Below are positions 1 through 15,749 of a stretch of DNA of 64,000 bases, one piece after another. Each line of letters begins with the position of its first letter. The stretch's first letter is position 1. The translations under genes were made by a program, and so were the position numbers. Below the pieces are notes generated by a model, which searched no databases, was not told the origin of the DNA, and worked only from the letters and a program-made list of their open reading frames with translations. The stretch is taken from positions 53,630,001 through 53,694,000 of the forward strand of contig NC_043012.1 in the NCBI RefSeq assembly GCF_006345805.1. Reading direction: 5' to 3'. Source of the DNA: Octopus sinensis (Eukaryota).

Positions 1-1310
1 GTGATGGTGGTGGAGGGGAAGGTGGTAAAGTCAAAGGTATTACTGGTGATGGTACTAAGAAAATGAATTCAGTGGCTAGTCACTCTTTCTCTCACATACC
101 CATTCTTTCTCTCTCTCTTACTAATACTCCCACTGCCACCATCAACACTACTACTTTTAATAAAACAACATCAACAGTAGAAGCGTCATTGACTAGTGAG
201 TCAGGGTGTCAAAGTGTGACACACTGACACACAGAAATTAGTTTTCTCATTTATTGTAGAAGCTGGCAGAAACGTTAGCACGCCGGGCAAAATGCTTAGC
301 GGTATTTCGTCTGTCTGAGTTCAAATCCCGCCGAGGTTGACTTTGCTTTTCATCCTTTCCGGGTGGTTATGTTAAGTACCAGTTGCGTACTGGGGTCGAT
401 CTAATCAACAGTTCCCCAAAATTTCGGGCCTTGTGAATCGTAAGCACGTCGGACAAAATGCTAAGCGACATTTCCTGTGACCCTTCATACCTTGAATTTA
501 AATAATACCAAGGACAACTTTACCTTTTATTCTTAGGGAATCGATAAAATAAGTACCTGTCAAGCACAGGGGCTGATGTAATCAACTACCATTTTCCCCC
601 AAAACTGCTGGCCTTGGAGGAAAAAGAATTATTTTGAAAAAGAGTAAGACGATTGACACAACCCAAATAGAAGAATGAAATGTATTCTTAGTTACTTTAT
701 TATTATGATAGCAAAAGGTAGTGAACTGGTAGAATCAATAGCACTCTGGACAAAAGGCTTAGCGACATTTTGTCCGTCTTTAATTAGTGAGTTAAAATTC
801 CGCAGAGGTCGACTCAGCCTTTATTTCTTTCGTGGTCGATAAATTAAGTAACAGTCAACAGTAGGGTCGATGTAATCGTTCACACCAACCCTAGAAAATT
901 TGAAGCCTTTTCGCTATAACAGAAAACAATATTGTGAGACCAAATTCTGCCTGGGTATAATTTGATTTTGCTCTCCGCTGTGTGTGTGAAATAATTCCTG
1001 AGAATGGCTGCAATGATATTTGGGAATCGATTCAACTAATTACAATTAATTCCCTGCTATTATAGATCTTGCATCTTTCCTCCCAAATTTTGGTCTGATA
1101 TCGAAGCAAAATAGAAAACCGATAACTTAAGAATTTTAGACACAAATCAGAAATCAATATATCTTGAGCACAACATAGATTAGAACATATCAAACATTGC
1201 TACACAGAATGATATCAAATGTTGCTTGCATAATTACGATTGGAAGATACCAAGCACTGCTTTTATGATTGACTTGCAAATGCATTGATATGATTTACTA
1301 TATATTATAG

Positions 1311-1483
1311 GGTGTAAACTCGGAGCCACCGGATATTCTTCGCTTACACATCCAGTCGGATATTCGAATGAGATTCGCCACCACGCAAATTACAAGTTTG
1401 GTTGCCAATAATAACAATTATTCTCAAGAAGTCACCTTTAATGTCAACTTACCAGAAGAGGCGTTTATATCCAGTTTCAAAAT
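1311..1483 (+). CDS. ITIH-A exon 2 (VIT start, [29 protein letters not shown]...)
   Basis: tatag| acceptor, |gtaagt donor; paralogue 48903-49075. Confidence 0.9.
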
Positions 1484-4400
1484 GTAAGTATTTTATACTG
1501 ACGTTGAAAGAAAGCGTAGTCATCTATTAAATTATCGAATAATGATAACATATTTCGTATTTCTTTATAAACAGGGTAATCGATGATGTTGAATATCCAG
1601 GTGAAGTTAAAGAAAAGGAGCAAGCTAAAAAGGCGTACGAAAAAGCCAAACGCAAAGGTCAAAGTGCTGGTCATGTTGCCAAAAAGTTAGTAAATTCTTT
1701 TATTCTGAAAGATCAAATTCCGTTCTTTTCTTTGTAACTACTTTCCAAACGAAATTTCTTCTACTCAAAGAATTTAGGTTCTTTTTTCATTCGAATTCAG
1801 TGGCTGTTTTCAAAATCGATGTCATGAATCAATGAATATATAATTATTATTTGTTAGGTTGAAGCCGTAAAACTGCGTGTCTTAGGGGTTATGGGATTGC
1901 GCTTATGATCAAGAGAGTGTGATTGCGTTGTGCTTTTGAGCAAAAATATCATTTCACATTACCTCACACCGCTTTTGAAGGTGAATAGTCCTGTGACAGA
2001 CTGGAAAAACAGCCTGATGATCCAACGGCTCGAGAAGGATCTTCGATCTTCTTTTTTTAACTTAGAGGCGGAAAGCTGGCAGGATGCTGAGCGAGTTAGA
2101 CGAAAAGCTTAACGGCATTTCTTTCGCCTCTTTACGCTTAGCGTTCAAGTTTCCACCGAAGTTGAATTTGGATTTCATTCAATCGGTTCGATGAGATAAG
2201 TACCACTTGAGCACCGGTGTCATTTTAATCAACTTAGCCTCTTACTTAAAGCCACTGGCTTTACTTAATCAACTAATCCTCTTACTTTAAGACACCGTAC
2301 CAAAATTCGAAACAATTATTTGCGTTGAATGAATTTGTTCCAGTACGTTACATTCTGAGTTCAAATAGTACCAAAGTTAATTGTGCTTTTCTTCAAACTG
2401 GGATCGACAAAATTAAGTACCAGTCAAGATAAGACAAACAAATGCCCATACAAATTATGAAGTAGCAATTGATACGATCAACTAATATCCATTTTCTAAA
2501 AATTACTAGCATTGTACATAAATTATGAATAATCATTAAATTATTTTTACGGTGGGTGGACAGAAAAGTCGAAACGTCTGTAGCAATAGAATAATATCAT
2601 TAGTTCCGGATTTTCTCATTTTGAGTTCAAATCCTGGTTAGGTTAACTTAGCATTTCAAAATTCCAACTCGATAATATAAGATACCAGTGAAGTATTGGA
2701 GTCAATTCAATTATCAAAGGAGCCCCCACCTCCAAATCTCTTAACATTTTGACTGCAAAAACATTATGAAGTTAACTTTCTGTTTTCTTTTTATTTATAA
2801 TCCCTTTCACACAGGATGCACAAATAGAATATAAACATACCTCAGTAATTGACTGGTGCTCGTTCTATTGTACATTTTTACTGAAACACTATGAGGCGAA
2901 CAATCACCATCTAGTCAGGTGGTGATGAGCAAATATGCACACAACAGTGCTCAAGCACGCGCACACAGACATACCTACACAAACACACACATACATATGC
3001 ACGCACACATACAGACAACAACACATACATATATATAGGAATATATATATGTGTGTGTCTATAGCTTCTTATAATATTCTTTCGATATATTTTCCTCCAT
3101 TTATTTGTTTAGCCCTACCGCCACAGATTCACACATAGCCATAACTTATCTGCTCATAGTGACACACTTTCGTTAAAAGTGTAAGGTGTGAAGAAAGGTC
3201 AGTGTTCTTGATCCTTTATATATTTCACGAGCTCGGAGACAGAAATCGCGTTAACCAGGCATAATGAATCATGCTGTAGGTGAACGGGAACAGCGGTTGT
3301 GGATATTTTGCTGTTATCTCTATTCGTGGTTACAGTGTACTCGAGTTGCCCTAATTAAATAAGAGCCAGTTGAATACTGCAGTCTATCTCATCGACTAAC
3401 CTTCTTCACTTTCCGTCTAAGTAACTCGCTCACATCGTTTCTGATGAAGGAATATCCCTAATATCCCAGAAACAGTTGTAAGACTACCTTTCTATTTGTA
3501 CATGTCCTATAAATTCCACACTGCCTTGGCTTTGTTGTCTCATTTTATTTAACATATACATGCTCACACAAGACTCGCAATAGACTACTCACTCGTATTA
3601 TCGTCGAACCAAGAACCTAACTACGGTCCTCCCGTAGCCTTACCTCTCATCTTAGTTCTTCTGGATACCAATACTTTTCATATCATTGATATATATTGCT
3701 AAACACATGCAAATGAAGTAAAAGCAACCATAGTGTAACAAATATTATTAAACACATATACTAATCTGTGTGGAGGCGCGTGGCTTAGTGGTTAGGGTGT
3801 CAGCATCATGATCGTAAGATTGTGGTTTTGATTACTGGACCGGGCGACGCGTTGTGTTCTTGAGCAAAACACTTCATTTCACGTTGCTCCAGTTCCGTCC
3901 AGCAGCGGAACACATACGCCATAGAAACCGGGAAATCGGGCCCATGAGCCTGGCTAGGCTTTAAAAGAGCACGTTTATTATTTTTATACTAATGTCTATG
4001 CATTGTGAATTTTGCAGTGGCTACAATAGCGTAGCGGAGTAAATAACTCTTATGTCGCCGATGTTGACACACCTTAGGGTCGGGCGAGATAACTCACTCT
4101 TAGTCTCATTTGGGAGTGATGGATATCGATATTTCGCCATTTGTGTGCCTTTTCAGTATAAAGCAACTGCTTGAGTTGAAGGCGAAACAGAAACAAGTCC
4201 GTGTCCAAGTTTTTTTCTTCTGGGGTGTTTTGTAAATGTATTCTTTGAATAATGCTGTGCTCAATATTCTATTCAAAATCCTATATCCTATGAAATATTC
4301 AATATTTAGACCTCGAGATACAAACAAATTCAAGATTAATATCAATGTTGCTGCTCTGAGAAATGTGACATTCGAAGTTCGGTACCAAGAGTTGTTAAGA

Positions 4401-6412
4401 AGAAAACTCGGTTTGTATGAACATTCCATCTACGTGAACCCTGGTCAACCTGTTGAAGATGTAAAAATACAAGTCTATATAGAAGAATCTAAAGAAATTC
4501 GTATCTTGAGGGTACCACCTTTACGTTCAACTGATCCAACATTCACTGACGCGACACCAGAATCAAGTGAGTATTATCTTGCGAACGTTCTGTGGGCAAG
4601 AGGGAGTTCATTTTTGTTAACTTCTCTAGTATATACATACTTAGAATGATCATAATTCTTCCGTATGTAACAACAATTTTAAGTATAAATATTATCATGG
4701 GGGTACTGTACATAAAAGACATTTATAATATCTCATTTTAAACCAGAAAATTCTATAGGGTTATTAAAAGACTATTGAATTTTTCGCTATGTATATGTGT
4801 GAGATCAGGAGAAAAATTATCTCATCTGAGTTTCTTATGAGCATAAATCAGTACTAACGGACTCTGTGTTTGAGATGTCTGCGAGTAAACCGATAGCGCT
4901 ACTCCAGAGTCGTACTCTAATATGTGAAAAATTCTGGTTGAACAAAATGATAATACGAATGCATCATAAAATATCCATAAATTACTTATTCATAAGCAGA
5001 CAAAGAATGCTAAATTCACTTAAGTGACTATTATTTTATATCAAAATTTTCATCGCACAAATTACGATCATCTGACGTGATATCACCGCTTCAATGTTTT
5101 GTGACGTATTATAGTGTGTGTGTGTGTGTGTGTGTGTGTGTTGTGTGTGTGTGTTGTGTGTGGGTGTGTGTATGGGTGTGTGTGTGGTGTGTGTTGTGTG
5201 TGTGTGTTGTGTGTGGGTGTGTGTATGGGTGTGTGTGTGGGTGTGTGTTGTGGAGGGATCTTGACCACCGCCACGTGACTGAAAGTGGACTGATGCATTT
5301 GAATAATAATAAAGAAACTGTTTCAACCGAGAGTAGTTTACAGTAAGAGTTGACAGTGGTACTTGATTGCATTGATCGTCCGTATGGTTTACTGTATTAC
5401 TTTAATAACTTTACGTTTGGAATAGAATGGATTGCTTTCTGTGTGAACATATTTACTCTGCGAAAGTCACATTCTATATAACCATATCCAAATATCTATT
5501 TGGGCAATGCTATTCTTACACACTTATGCACAACTCCCAACATAGCAGGATGCATGTATGCATTTATATATATATATATATATAAACAAAGATAAATGCG
5601 ATACAATAAAATTAATTATAATCGCCGGTGTACCAGTACACGCCATATATTATACATATATCATTACATTCAAGGCGAAGAGTGCACTAGATACACAATA
5701 GCTGGATAAATTTAGTGAGATGAAAATTAAAAACTTTTACAAACTTAACTTTTCTTATACTGCAGTTTCGCCAAATTCAGTAATAAAAATAGTATTTATT
5801 TACTCAGGCTGGCTCTTCAGTAAGATTCCTGTTAATGATGGGAAGACCATATCAATAGACCCATGTGCGTCTATCGAAATGCTCATTCTAAACTATTCAA
5901 AACACTGCGCAGACTCAGAACAAACCCGACAAAATAGGGGATTGTGGTATATCGTCTAACGGTCAGAAATTTATCGAGAGAATATGTAAACAAAGATAAA
6001 TGCGATACAATAAAATTAATTATAATCGCCGGTGTACCAGTACACGCCATTGGCTACTATTTCCATCAGACCGACCAAAAATTTGCTTGGCGTCATTCTC
6101 TGTTACAAATATAATTTCGACATTTCATTAAAATATTCGGAAACAATAAAGTTTTCGCGAAATTTCGTTAACAGCGACCAATCCAGACGCAACAATTTCG
6201 CGCCCTTCAATAAAGACAGCTGAAATTACATACGTACCATCAGACACTGGAACTCTGGATGGTATTTTTGAAATCAAGTATGATATAGACCGACGCAAAC
6301 AGTTCAATGGTGATATATTGGTAAGTGAAATTTGCCTTATATTTTAATTCTGCACTCACATTGTTATTACAGTATATGTTCTCACGGCTACACACACACA
6401 CACACACATGTA

Positions 6413-6456
<44 letters not shown>

Positions 6457-7844
6457 TAGCAGTATCGCCCGGCGTTGCTCGGGTTTGTAAGGGAAATAAC
6501 TATATAAGCATTTTTAGAGAGTTATAGCCAAAAAATAGCAAAAAATGCATTAAAAATGGAAAAAATATGATGGTAAATTTTTTGAAAAATCGTTGACTCA
6601 TCGTAGACATTTTTAGAGAGTTACTTCCCTTATATAATAGCGAAAAAATGCATTAAAAATGGAAAAAAAACGATGGTAAATTTTTTTTAAATCGTAGACT
6701 CATGTAGACGCTTTCTTAGCCATTTCTGTTTTGGTGTCTTCAAGCCATGAAGTCGTTGTTCTAAAAGAACGCTGGTCTCCTTGACAACGCTTTACGACGT
6801 ATTTCCTTACACTCCCTTCCCCACAGCTTCACGAGGGAGGGGAGAAGCAAACAGGTGCAGGTGTGACCATGGACGCCAACTCCGCCGCCATCGACACACG
6901 AAAAATTATGTTAATTATTTTTAAAATCGTAGCTCATCGTAGACGCGCGCTAATACTCAGACGGGCTCGATATAAATCACGACTATAAGCTACCCGAATT
7001 TGGTTAACTGCACCGCAAAATGTGGGAGTAGTTAGAATCTAAATCGAAGGGGACAGACACTCACACAACTACAGTTTTATATATAAGATATACATAGCGC
7101 AGTAGTGGTGAGAATGTGACAGCAAAGAAAAGCATACATTCACTCTCTGCATGCAATTAGACTCGGAAAGTTCGTGAGGAACCCATTGACCCAATTTGCT
7201 GACTTTTCCGATAGCACACAGGTCTCAATGAATGGTTGAATGACCAATCCAAGCTTCTCTGCTAGTTCCCCTCAACAGTTACGATGATATTTGTTTCCAC
7301 CAGGGTTTTCAGGATGTCCTTGTCGAGTTCTCACAGATCTTTCAGGATGAGGCTCGTCTTCTAGGCTGTTCAATATAGCTTTGAAAAAAATAGCTGTTAA
7401 AATCGAAATGCACTCTTCAAAACTTGCACTATTAATAAGGACAAGATAAAATTACTACCTGCTTTTATAGCAAGTTAATATAAGTAGTTTATCCCATTCC
7501 CCTCTGACTTTTAGTTCAAGCTGTTGAAAAAACCGCATTATTATATATATATACATACATACATACATACATATACACACACACTCTCTCTCTCACACAC
7601 ATGCACACATTATATTCTGTTATTCTTTTATATGTTTCAGCCTTGAGGTTGTGGCCATGCTGGATCATGTGTGTGTGTGTGTGTGTCTATCTGTCTGTCT
7701 GTCTGTATGTATATATGTATATGTATGTGTGTGAACAATAATATTTTCAACAGATGTGTTGCAAATGTATCTGATTGTTCTCAGCTTCAATACTATGTGT
7801 GTGTGTGTGTATGTATGTTATATGTATGTATGTGTGTGTTGTGT

Positions 7845-7875
<31 letters not shown>

Positions 7876-9009
7876 ATGTATGAGTGTTGCCTCAAATCAC
7901 TATCTCTGGCTATTTACTCTCTTCCAAGAACATTTTCACTCACACTTATGTGTTAGCTTCCCATACATTTTACTCATGTATCTATCAGCGTGATAGAGAG
8001 AAACAAATATTACATCTAGTTTCACTTTATTCGTTGTCCACTGTGTGTTGTGCGTTTGCGTGTGGTGTAAACCAGACTAAGAAAAGCATTTGACACACAC
8101 ACCAGAATGTGAGTTTTCTGTAAATTTTGCTTATTGGAGTTTAAATTTTAAAAACTGGACCTGGCATGACGCGATGCATTGTACTCTTAAAATTTCTAGG
8201 TAAATTGTAATTGAAGAAATCCTATATTGTAGATTTGTATAACTCCCAAAGGGAGGCAGATAAAATCTGCCTTTTATAATAAGAGATATATATGCGCAGG
8301 AGTGGCTGTGTGGTAAGTAGCTTGTTTACCACCACATGGTTCAGGGTTCAGTCCCACTGCGTGGCTCTTGGGCAAGTGTCTTCTACTATAGCCCGGGCCA
8401 ACCAAAGCCTTGTGAGTGGATTTGGTAGACGGAAACTGAAGAAGCCCGTCGTATATATGTATATATATATGCGTGTGTGTGTTTGTGTGTCTGTGTTTGT
8501 CCACCTAGCATTGCTTGACAACCCATGCTGGTGTGTTTATGTCCCCGTTACTTAGCGGTTCGGCAAAAGAGACAGATAGAATAAGTACTGGTCTTACAAA
8601 GAATAAGTCCCGGGGTCGAGTTGCTCGACTAAAGGCGGTGCTCCAGCATGGCCGCAGTCAAATGACTGAAACAAGTAAAAGAGTAAAAGAGTAAAAGAGT
8701 ATATATCACCATGACCGTGACCGACCAGGCCATCAGATGTTACACATCGCTGGTCACAATGCGCTTCGCATTGTGGCGCCACCAGAAGAGAGAGTGAGAG
8801 AAAGTTGTGGCGAAAGAATACAGCAGGGATCGCCAACACCCCTTGCCGGGGCCTCGTGGAACTTTAAGTGTTTTCTCTCAATAAACACTCACAACGCCCG
8901 GTCTGGGAATCGAAACCGCGATTCTACGACCACGAGTCCGCTGCCCTAACCACTGGGCCATTGTGCCTCCACACACACCACACACACATACACACACACA
9001 CACCACACA

Positions 9010-9060
<51 letters not shown>

Positions 9061-10501
9061 ATATATCGTGGCACTCGCCTGTTGCGACGACGAAGTTCCA
9101 GTTGGTCCGATCAACAGAACAGCCTGCTCGTGAAGTTAACGTGCAAACGACTCAGCAGTCCACAGACACGTGTACCCTTAATGTAATTCTCAGGGAAATT
9201 CGGCTTGAAATACAGGAACAACAGAAACAGGAAATAAAAGTGTGAGAGAAAGTTGTGGTGAAAGAGTACAGCAAGGTTCGCTGTATATATATATATATAT
9301 ATATATATATCTTTATATATAAAAGTAAGGTTGTGTGAGTGTCTGTCTCCTACGATTTAGATTTCTAACTACTCCCACATTTTGCGGGGCAGTTTAACCA
9401 AAACCGGGTATCTTATAGTCGTGATTCATATCGAGCCCTTCTGGGTATTAGCGCGCGTCTACGATGAGTCTACGATTTTAAAAATAATTTAACATCATTT
9501 TTTATTCCATTTTAATGCATAATTTTTTGTGTGTCGATGGCGGCGGAGTTGGCGTCCATGCTCACACCTGCACCTGTGTTGCTTCTCCCACTTCTTCCCT
9601 CCCTCGTGAAGCTGTGGGGAAGGGAGTGTAAGGAAATCAACGTCGTAAAGCGTTGTCAAGGAGACCAGCGTTCTTTTAGAACAACGACTTCATGGCTTGA
9701 AGACACCAAAACAGAAATGGCTAAGAAAGCCCAAAAGCAAATTCTACAAAATCGGGAAACACGCCACACAGGGAAGGTTCCCCGTGCAAAGAATTTGCAC
9801 AACCGAATGTTATAGTTGTTGCACAAATCTATATATATAAAACTGTAGTTGTGTGAGTGTCTGTCACCTTCGATTTAGATTCCTAACTACTCCCACATTT
9901 TGCGGTGCAGTTTAACCGAATTCGGGTATCTTATAGTCGTGATTCATATCGAGCCCGTCTGGGTATTAGCGCGCGTCTACGATGAGTCTATGATTTTAAA
10001 GAAAATTTACCATCAATTTTTCCCATTTTTAATGCATTTTTGGCATATATAAGGGAAGTAACTCTCTAAAAATTTATTATTAAATCTCAGAACGTAAAAA
10101 GCTACAGTAACACCCCCCACCCCTTGTGGTTAACCATATTGAGATGGCTATTATACTTTACATCTCTAAAGATGCTTATATGGTTACTTCCCTTACAAAC
10201 CCGAGCAACGCCGGGCGATACTGCTAGTATATATATATATATATATATATATATACGTATGTAAGTATCTTTGTGTGTATATAAATATATTATGTATGCA
10301 TGTATGTTTCTGTATATATATATATATTCTATCTACTTTCTAATTCCTACACACAGTTTCTCTCTCAATTTTTTCGTTCTCTCTCCATTTTTCTCTCTCG
10401 TCCCTTTCTATCGAAGAGAATTGACTCTAAATATCAAAAACTTTTCCATTTCTTCCAAGCATTAACTTAATACACCTGCTTGTCCCCTTACTCATCTGAA
10501 G

Positions 10502-10537
<36 letters not shown>

Positions 10538-10743
10538 CGCCATGATAGACCGTTAGCTCCTACACGCATTTTTTCTCTCCTTGTTTCTCTCCTTGTTTCT
10601 TTTCTGTGTATCTTTCTGCCGAAGAACGTAGGCTCGAAACGTAAAAGACTTGTTATATTCTATTCCTGAGCGCCATACTAATACATTTGTTTTTGTGTGT
10701 ACTCCACCTGCTTCGTCTTTGTTTATTTTCGTAAACCTTCTCG

Positions 10744-10795
<52 letters not shown>

Positions 10796-12087
10796 CATAT
10801 ATATATGTTTATATGCATACAAAAATATATTTTCCTGTCAGGCAGTGAATGGATATTTCGTACACTTCTTTGCACCGGCTGATTTGGAACCAATTCCCAA
10901 GGACATTTTGTTTATCTTGGACACAAGCGGCTCAATGTCGGGACGTAAAATAGCACAAGTGATTCAAGCAATGATATTTATCATGCATGACTTGGTAGAA
11001 GGTGATCGCTTCAACATTATGGACTTTGACGACCAAATAATTTTTTGGAAACCTACTCTGCAGCCATGGAATCCAGAAAATGTCAAAGATTCGTTGAAGT
11101 GGGTTAGACAGAGAAGGGCATCTGGAGGTAGGTTCTGCTTCAGTTATGCGCTGTAATAGTGAATGCACATCACTAGGCCTGAATGAAGCATCTCATCTCT
11201 TGCACTTCGCATGCATTTTTCTTGCATTTTTTAAAACTGTCTTTTAACGTATATGTTGACTCATAACTAGGAGGAAACATCTCTCTCTGTCTCTTTCTCT
11301 CTGTCTCTCTCTCTGTCTCTCTCCTTTTCTCTCTCTCTCTCCCTGTATATATATACATATACATACATACATATATATATATATATATGCATATTGAAAG
11401 AGAAAAGGGGGGAATGTAGTAAGAGCATGTTTTGAAAAATAGATGGTCCGATGAAGTTCCACAATAATAACCTTGATACGAAACAGCTGTAAAAGCGGGC
11501 GAGAGGAATAAACGTCTTTTAAGCAATTACGGTAGATTAAAAGTGTACTATATTTTCAAGATAAACGTTCAAATTAAAGTACTTAAATATCTTGAACTTC
11601 GAACTTCGATGTAGATGAAAAACGTAATATTTTAAAATTATACATAATTTTCGTAAATATGTGGATATAGTGCCGATGTCAGTCGTACGTGTCAAATTTA
11701 AATTAAATTTATTCTTAAATTAATTTATTTAATTTGAAAGATTAAGTAGAAACTATAGTCCACTATTAACCTACTGTAATTAAAAAAAAAACTTTTATTC
11801 ATCTTGCCCGCGTTTACAGCTACTTCGTATCAAGGCTTTATTGTGGATATTCATTGGAACAGCTATAATGCCGCCTTGCATAAGCATGTTGGAACTTGAG
11901 AAGAAAGTTAAATTTTCTTATCCTCTGACCTTTATGTATATATGTATATATGTATGTATATATATATATATATATATATTTAAATAATGAGGGAGATAAA
12001 TTTAATATTAATTTAATTAATATCAATTTAAAACCAGTAGCCTAGCATACAAAAATCTGAAAAATCAGAGAAAATTCTTATACATGT

Positions 12088-12148
<61 letters not shown>

Positions 12149-12532
12149 GTATCTAGTATATGTATATGTATCTATTTCGACTTTAGGTAGTGTCTCTTAG
12201 TATGTCGCTTAAAGCACGTTCACTCTTGGGCTACCTGATGTCCGCCATCTGTCGGTGTACCTAGGTACGACCGGCAAGAAGAACATGGCAAGGAGCACTC
12301 AGTATATCTAGTGGGTTATCTTATTTTACACCCACCACATGAAGTGAAACAACCTGTACTGTTTGATGCAACACAACTAAATGCATAATAATATCCTATC
12401 TCTTAGGAACAGCTGCAGGATGGGTCGATACGATCGTCGCGCTGCATAATTATTCGAATTTAATACATCTTTCGTTTCCTTCTATATATATATAGCATAT
12501 ATATATATATAATATATATATATCAATATATA

Positions 12533-12570
<38 letters not shown>

Positions 12571-13431
12571 AGCTCATCTCATTAAGCGTTCAGAATATTT
12601 TTCCATCGAATTGGCGTAACAACCCTCATCCTTTGATTTTACTGTTTTGTTCTCATTGTTTTGTCTTTTACTGTTTTTACTTTATTATTGTTTTTACTGT
12701 TTTGTTCTCACTGTCCTGTTCTTGTTACCACTTTCACCCTCCACAAAAAACTCAAATTTCATTTAATTTTCTTTGCGGGAAGGACTGTTTCAACGAAGTC
12801 GCGTCTTTTCCTTATCTTCGGAACGCGGAGTAGAGGAATCAGGGACAACTGAAGAAGGGGAATATTCTTTATGTTGTGTCTCGTTTCTCTGTTTTTTCTC
12901 GTTGTTTGAAAATAGTCCTTTTCTATATTTTTGTTTTTATGATTTCCTTTCTCATTGTTTTCAACGTTTTTTGATGTCCTGTATCCATATATGCATCCAT
13001 ATTTACATATATATGTAGGTATGTACATATATATATATATGTATATATGCATATATTTATATATTGTTTATACTATATATATATGTATGTATGCATGTAT
13101 TAATGTATGCAAGTGTATGTATCACAAGCACAGTTTAACATGCACATGTATGTAAATATAAATGTATATTTATATATGAGTAGGTATATATGTACAAATA
13201 TATAAATATCTATATAAGTACGTGCGTATGTATGTATGATTACATTCATATGTATATACATGTAGGTATACATATATGTGTGTGTAAGTAAGTATTATTT
13301 GTGTCTGGTCGTTTGTATGTATGTTATATAAATATATATATACATATATATATGTATATATATATATATATAATATTATATATATATATATATAATATAT
13401 ATATATATTACATATATTATATATAATATAC

Positions 13432-13487
<56 letters not shown>

Positions 13488-13604
13488 CAATATATATTAT
13501 ATATATATATATATAGATATACATATTATTTATATAATATATATATATATATATATAACATATATATATATATATAATAACATATATATTATATATATAT
13601 ACTA

Positions 13605-13635
<31 letters not shown>

Positions 13636-13733
13636 TATATATATACATTATATATATATAATATATATATATATATATCTATATATATATATATACCATA
13701 TATATATATATATATACCATATATATATTACAT

Positions 13734-13778
<45 letters not shown>

Positions 13779-15662
13779 ATATTATATATAATATATATAT
13801 ATATATAACTGTTCGTATGTCCGGCCACTCTGAATGTTGTATTAATCCAATAGTACTGGTTACATGATCGCGTCGTGAATAACTAAACTGCTCCTCTAAC
13901 ATGCTACCCCAGTAAGGATAGTTACTGAAAACTCGTATAACGCTTATTTTCCTTTCTAATGTGAAATATGTTATCAAATGGCAAGAACAGACAACATTAT
14001 GTTTATTGTTTTTCCTCTATTTCACATACCTTGTTATGTAATTTTTATTTCTGGAATGTTGTTCATTGTAAGCTAAAAGAATGACCGACGAACAACTGAA
14101 AAAGATTTAATTCTAGTCCACTGCAGCAGATGCAGGAGAGTAAGTTGGTAGTATTTCCTTTAGTGACTGAAACAAGTAAAAGATAAAAGCGAACCAGAAG
14201 CCGTTAAATTAATTTTCAAACGCAACTGTTGTTCACTCATTATTGGGTTGGCCAAAAAGTCCATTCGGGTTTTGTCGACAATAAACTTCTATCACTTTAA
14301 TAAATGATTAATTTCACTATGTCCTTTGCGCATGCGTACTCGTTAGATAATTGACACTTCAACGTTGTGAACTTGCGGTGAAGCATTCTATGTGATTGGA
14401 ATCATGCTGGAAATGGTAGACCAAAGTGAACATTACCGACATCTCATGTTTGTTTTTCTTTTAATTTAAAAATGCAAAAAAGCGGTAGAGATCTGCATGA
14501 AGGCATGCGTTATGTACAGAGAGGATACTATTAAGCAGTACTGATTTTCAAGATTCAAACGGGAATTTTTCGTTCCTCACTCTAACCGAACACCTGCGTT
14601 TACTGGCGACAAAATAAAGGAGTTATTTGACACTTACCCATGTTATAAGGCAATGAATGTCGCAAGTATTATACTCCAGGTATTCCACTCATGTGTTGAG
14701 TACCTATTTCTTTATTACCCACAAGGGGCTAAACACAGAGGGGACAAACAAGGACAGACATAGTATTAAGTTGATTAACTGGTACTTAATTTATCGACCC
14801 CGAAAGGATGAAAGGCAAAGTCGACCTCGGCGGAATTTGAACTCACAACGTAACGCAGACGAAATACCGCTAAGCATTTCGCCCGGCGTGCTAACGTTTC
14901 TGCCAGCTCGCCGCCTTTGTGTTGAATACCATCTGCATCAACATGGTGATGACGGCAAACTCGATGTTTGAGATTCATATTAATTGAATGAGGTTAAATT
15001 CGACCAACGGTTTCCTGTCTGCGTTTTGTTACAGAAACGTGAAGCAAACGATACATTTTTTTAAGAGAATAATAGCATGGGACCAATTATGGATCGTTTA
15101 CAACAATGTGAAACATCCGATCACGGTGTTCGCGCAGAATACCGCTACAAACAGCCTCTAAAGGAAGACATAACCCGAAGAAGTTTATGCTTCCAGTTTA
15201 GGTGTTGATATTAAAAGCTTCTTCCACAAACAGAAACATCGATTAATCATAAAGGCAATGTCTTTCATTACAATTATGCCAGACCGCACTCTTCTTTGTA
15301 GACGCACAGAAGTTACTGGGGCTTGACTCTGAAGTTTTTCTGTACCCTACCTGTTCGTCCTATATGGCGCATGCAAAATTTTATATTTCACCCAGGAGTG
15401 AAATATACACTGACGCCATATCCGGCATCTCTAAAACATTTCATTTACGCCAATAACATTTTTTTCTTTACTCATTACGCCTATTGTTTGAGTCACAAGA
15501 ATTTTAGAAAAGTGATGCGAGCGCCAGGAATGTAGTGCATGGCACTTATCAAACACTGGATTTTGCAGAATCATCTCAACCTTTTCATCATCCTTGTAAC
15601 CTTCTACCGTTTACATATACATACATACTTATATACTATACACACACACACACACGCATACG

Positions 15663-15749
<87 letters not shown>

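Noticed and set aside
1-1310. Signal-peptide exon of ITIH-A
   Set aside because: No match to the copy B exon 1; the region is SINE debris and intron sequence paralogous to 48360-48900, so exon 1 lies upstream.
9531-9815. 94-aa [12 protein letters not shown]...
   Set aside because: Inside a non-autonomous Helitron, no recognisable domain.
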